NCBI GenBank assembly: GCA_030264375.1
Contig: JASCQW010000139.1
Location: forward strand, 32,908,127-32,972,126
Source of the DNA: Carcharhinus longimanus
Taxonomy: Eukaryota
Direction: 5' to 3'
Length of the DNA stretch: 64,000 bases
Both the position numbers and the translations under genes were made by a program. The first letter of the stretch is position 1, and the number at the start of each line of letters is the position of its first letter. This document shows positions 62,638 through 64,000 of the stretch, piece after piece. The notes beneath the pieces were generated by a model. That model did not search any database. It was not told where the DNA came from and worked only from the letters and a program-made list of their open reading frames with translations.

Positions 62638-63689
62638 GTAAGTTTTATATACTAAATCTCAGCTAAACACTTGAAGGGCTTGTTTAGCAGGATGAGGGGA
62701 AAGGAATTCTGATGAGCTATGGATTTGTGCAAGGTCTCGAATCACACAATGGAACCTTGAACTGGCACTGAACTATCTACAAATTCAGATTCCCCTCTCA
62801 ACCTCCTGCTTTTTAGTCATTTTTGGTGCATTGCCCAACTGAAAATAGGTTCCTAATGCTCAACAGGCCTAGTTATCTATACTGGTCTCGTCAGCAATTG
62901 AGTAGTTGTTTCAAAGCTGTATGTAAAACATCACTCACAATTAATGTCCAGTTATTTTCATAGAAATTTTAAAGATGGTGTGACAAAGTGAGCAGGTGGG
63001 AATGAGGCTCTCTACCTAAATTGTTGACCTTTGTTGAAAGCCTTGGTTCTGGGAGAATCTGAGAGGGTTGTGGCCGTGCAGAACTAATTATAGAGCAGCC
63101 AACCTGTGGACAGACATTTCCTGGGGTCTGTCTCTACACAGCCTCAAAATAATACCCTGTTAATTGCATTTTTCAGTAGCAAGTTCAAAACGTAAATAAA
63201 TCTGGAAGTGAATCTGAGGTAGGAAATGTGATTGCAGGCTGAAAGCATTTTAAGGTAAACAAAAAGCCTTCTCTATTCATTCAGCTAAGAGCACTTCCTG
63301 CCGCTTTATCCATTTATTGAAGAGAATAATACTGAACCAGAGGAGCCTGCAATTCCACTGTTGCTTTGTCAGGTTGAACTGTTCCAAATTTAGAATTATT
63401 CAAGCAAATTCAGATCCCAAATATCCTCATTAGGTTGTACAGATTCCCAGGTGGCATGTTACGTCGGTGGGGAAAGAGCTGACAGAAGTATAATTGTGTA
63501 ACTCGATAACTCATTCCATTAAGCCACCCACCTTTTGTCAAACTTTGCATTTTTTTTAAAGCGTGCAGTAATCCTTTCCCGTATGGTCTGGTTTTGGGAA
63601 AAGTGGGAGCAGTGATGTATTATGGATCACATTTGTACTGTCCAGGGTCAGTCAGTAAAAGCCAGCGCCATGGGTCAGCACATAACACC

Positions 63690-63992
63690 AAGGTGGCATA
63701 GTGGTTAGCACTGCTGCCTCACAGCGCCAAGGACCCAGGTTCAATTCCTAGCTTGGGTCACTGTCTGTGTGGAGCCTGCACGTTCTCCGTGTCTGTTGAG
63801 AGTTTCTGGGTACTCTGGTTTCCTTCCACAGTCTGGAAGACATGATGGTTAGGTGCATTAACTATGGTAAATTCTCCCTCTGTGTACCCGAACAGGTGCC
63901 GGAGTGTGGCAACTAGGGGATTTTCACAGTAACTTCATTGCAGTTTTAATGTAAGCCTTCTTGTGACACTAATATATGAACTTTAACTTTAA
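63690..63992 (+). mobile_element. Full-length tRNA-derived V-SINE with a Rex1-like tail
   Basis: A box tagtggttagc, B box ggttcaattcc, V domain gtcactgtctgtgtggagcctgcacgttctcc, tail ttttcacagta...tgtgacactaatat and (aacttt)n. Confidence 0.88.
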
Positions 63993-64000
63993 AAACTATT

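Overview
Vertebrate genomic DNA, almost certainly a shark. The repeat complement (HE1-type V-SINEs, Deu-domain SINEs, CR1, L2, Rex1/Babar, Penelope, Gypsy) is typical of cartilaginous fish. The window lies inside one + strand gene. Three phase-0 coding exons (15547-15669, 57792-57866, 62497-62637) encode the extracellular PA domain of the Wnt-receptor E3 ligase RNF43; ZNRF3 is the less likely alternative. The rest is intronic, with dense, often nested, decayed transposons and several assembly gaps. None of the supplied ORFs is a host gene. The most notable observations are minimal hammerhead-ribozyme motifs in Penelope pseudo-LTRs (one sense to the pre-mRNA), a SINE whose tail resembles the co-resident Rex1 LINE, an old Gypsy provirus with both LTRs, PBS and PPT, a TSD-flanked poly(A) micro-insertion, and several motif-dense candidate enhancers. 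I found no convincing new biological system. Repeat boundaries are approximate, and family names come from recalled motifs, not database searches.
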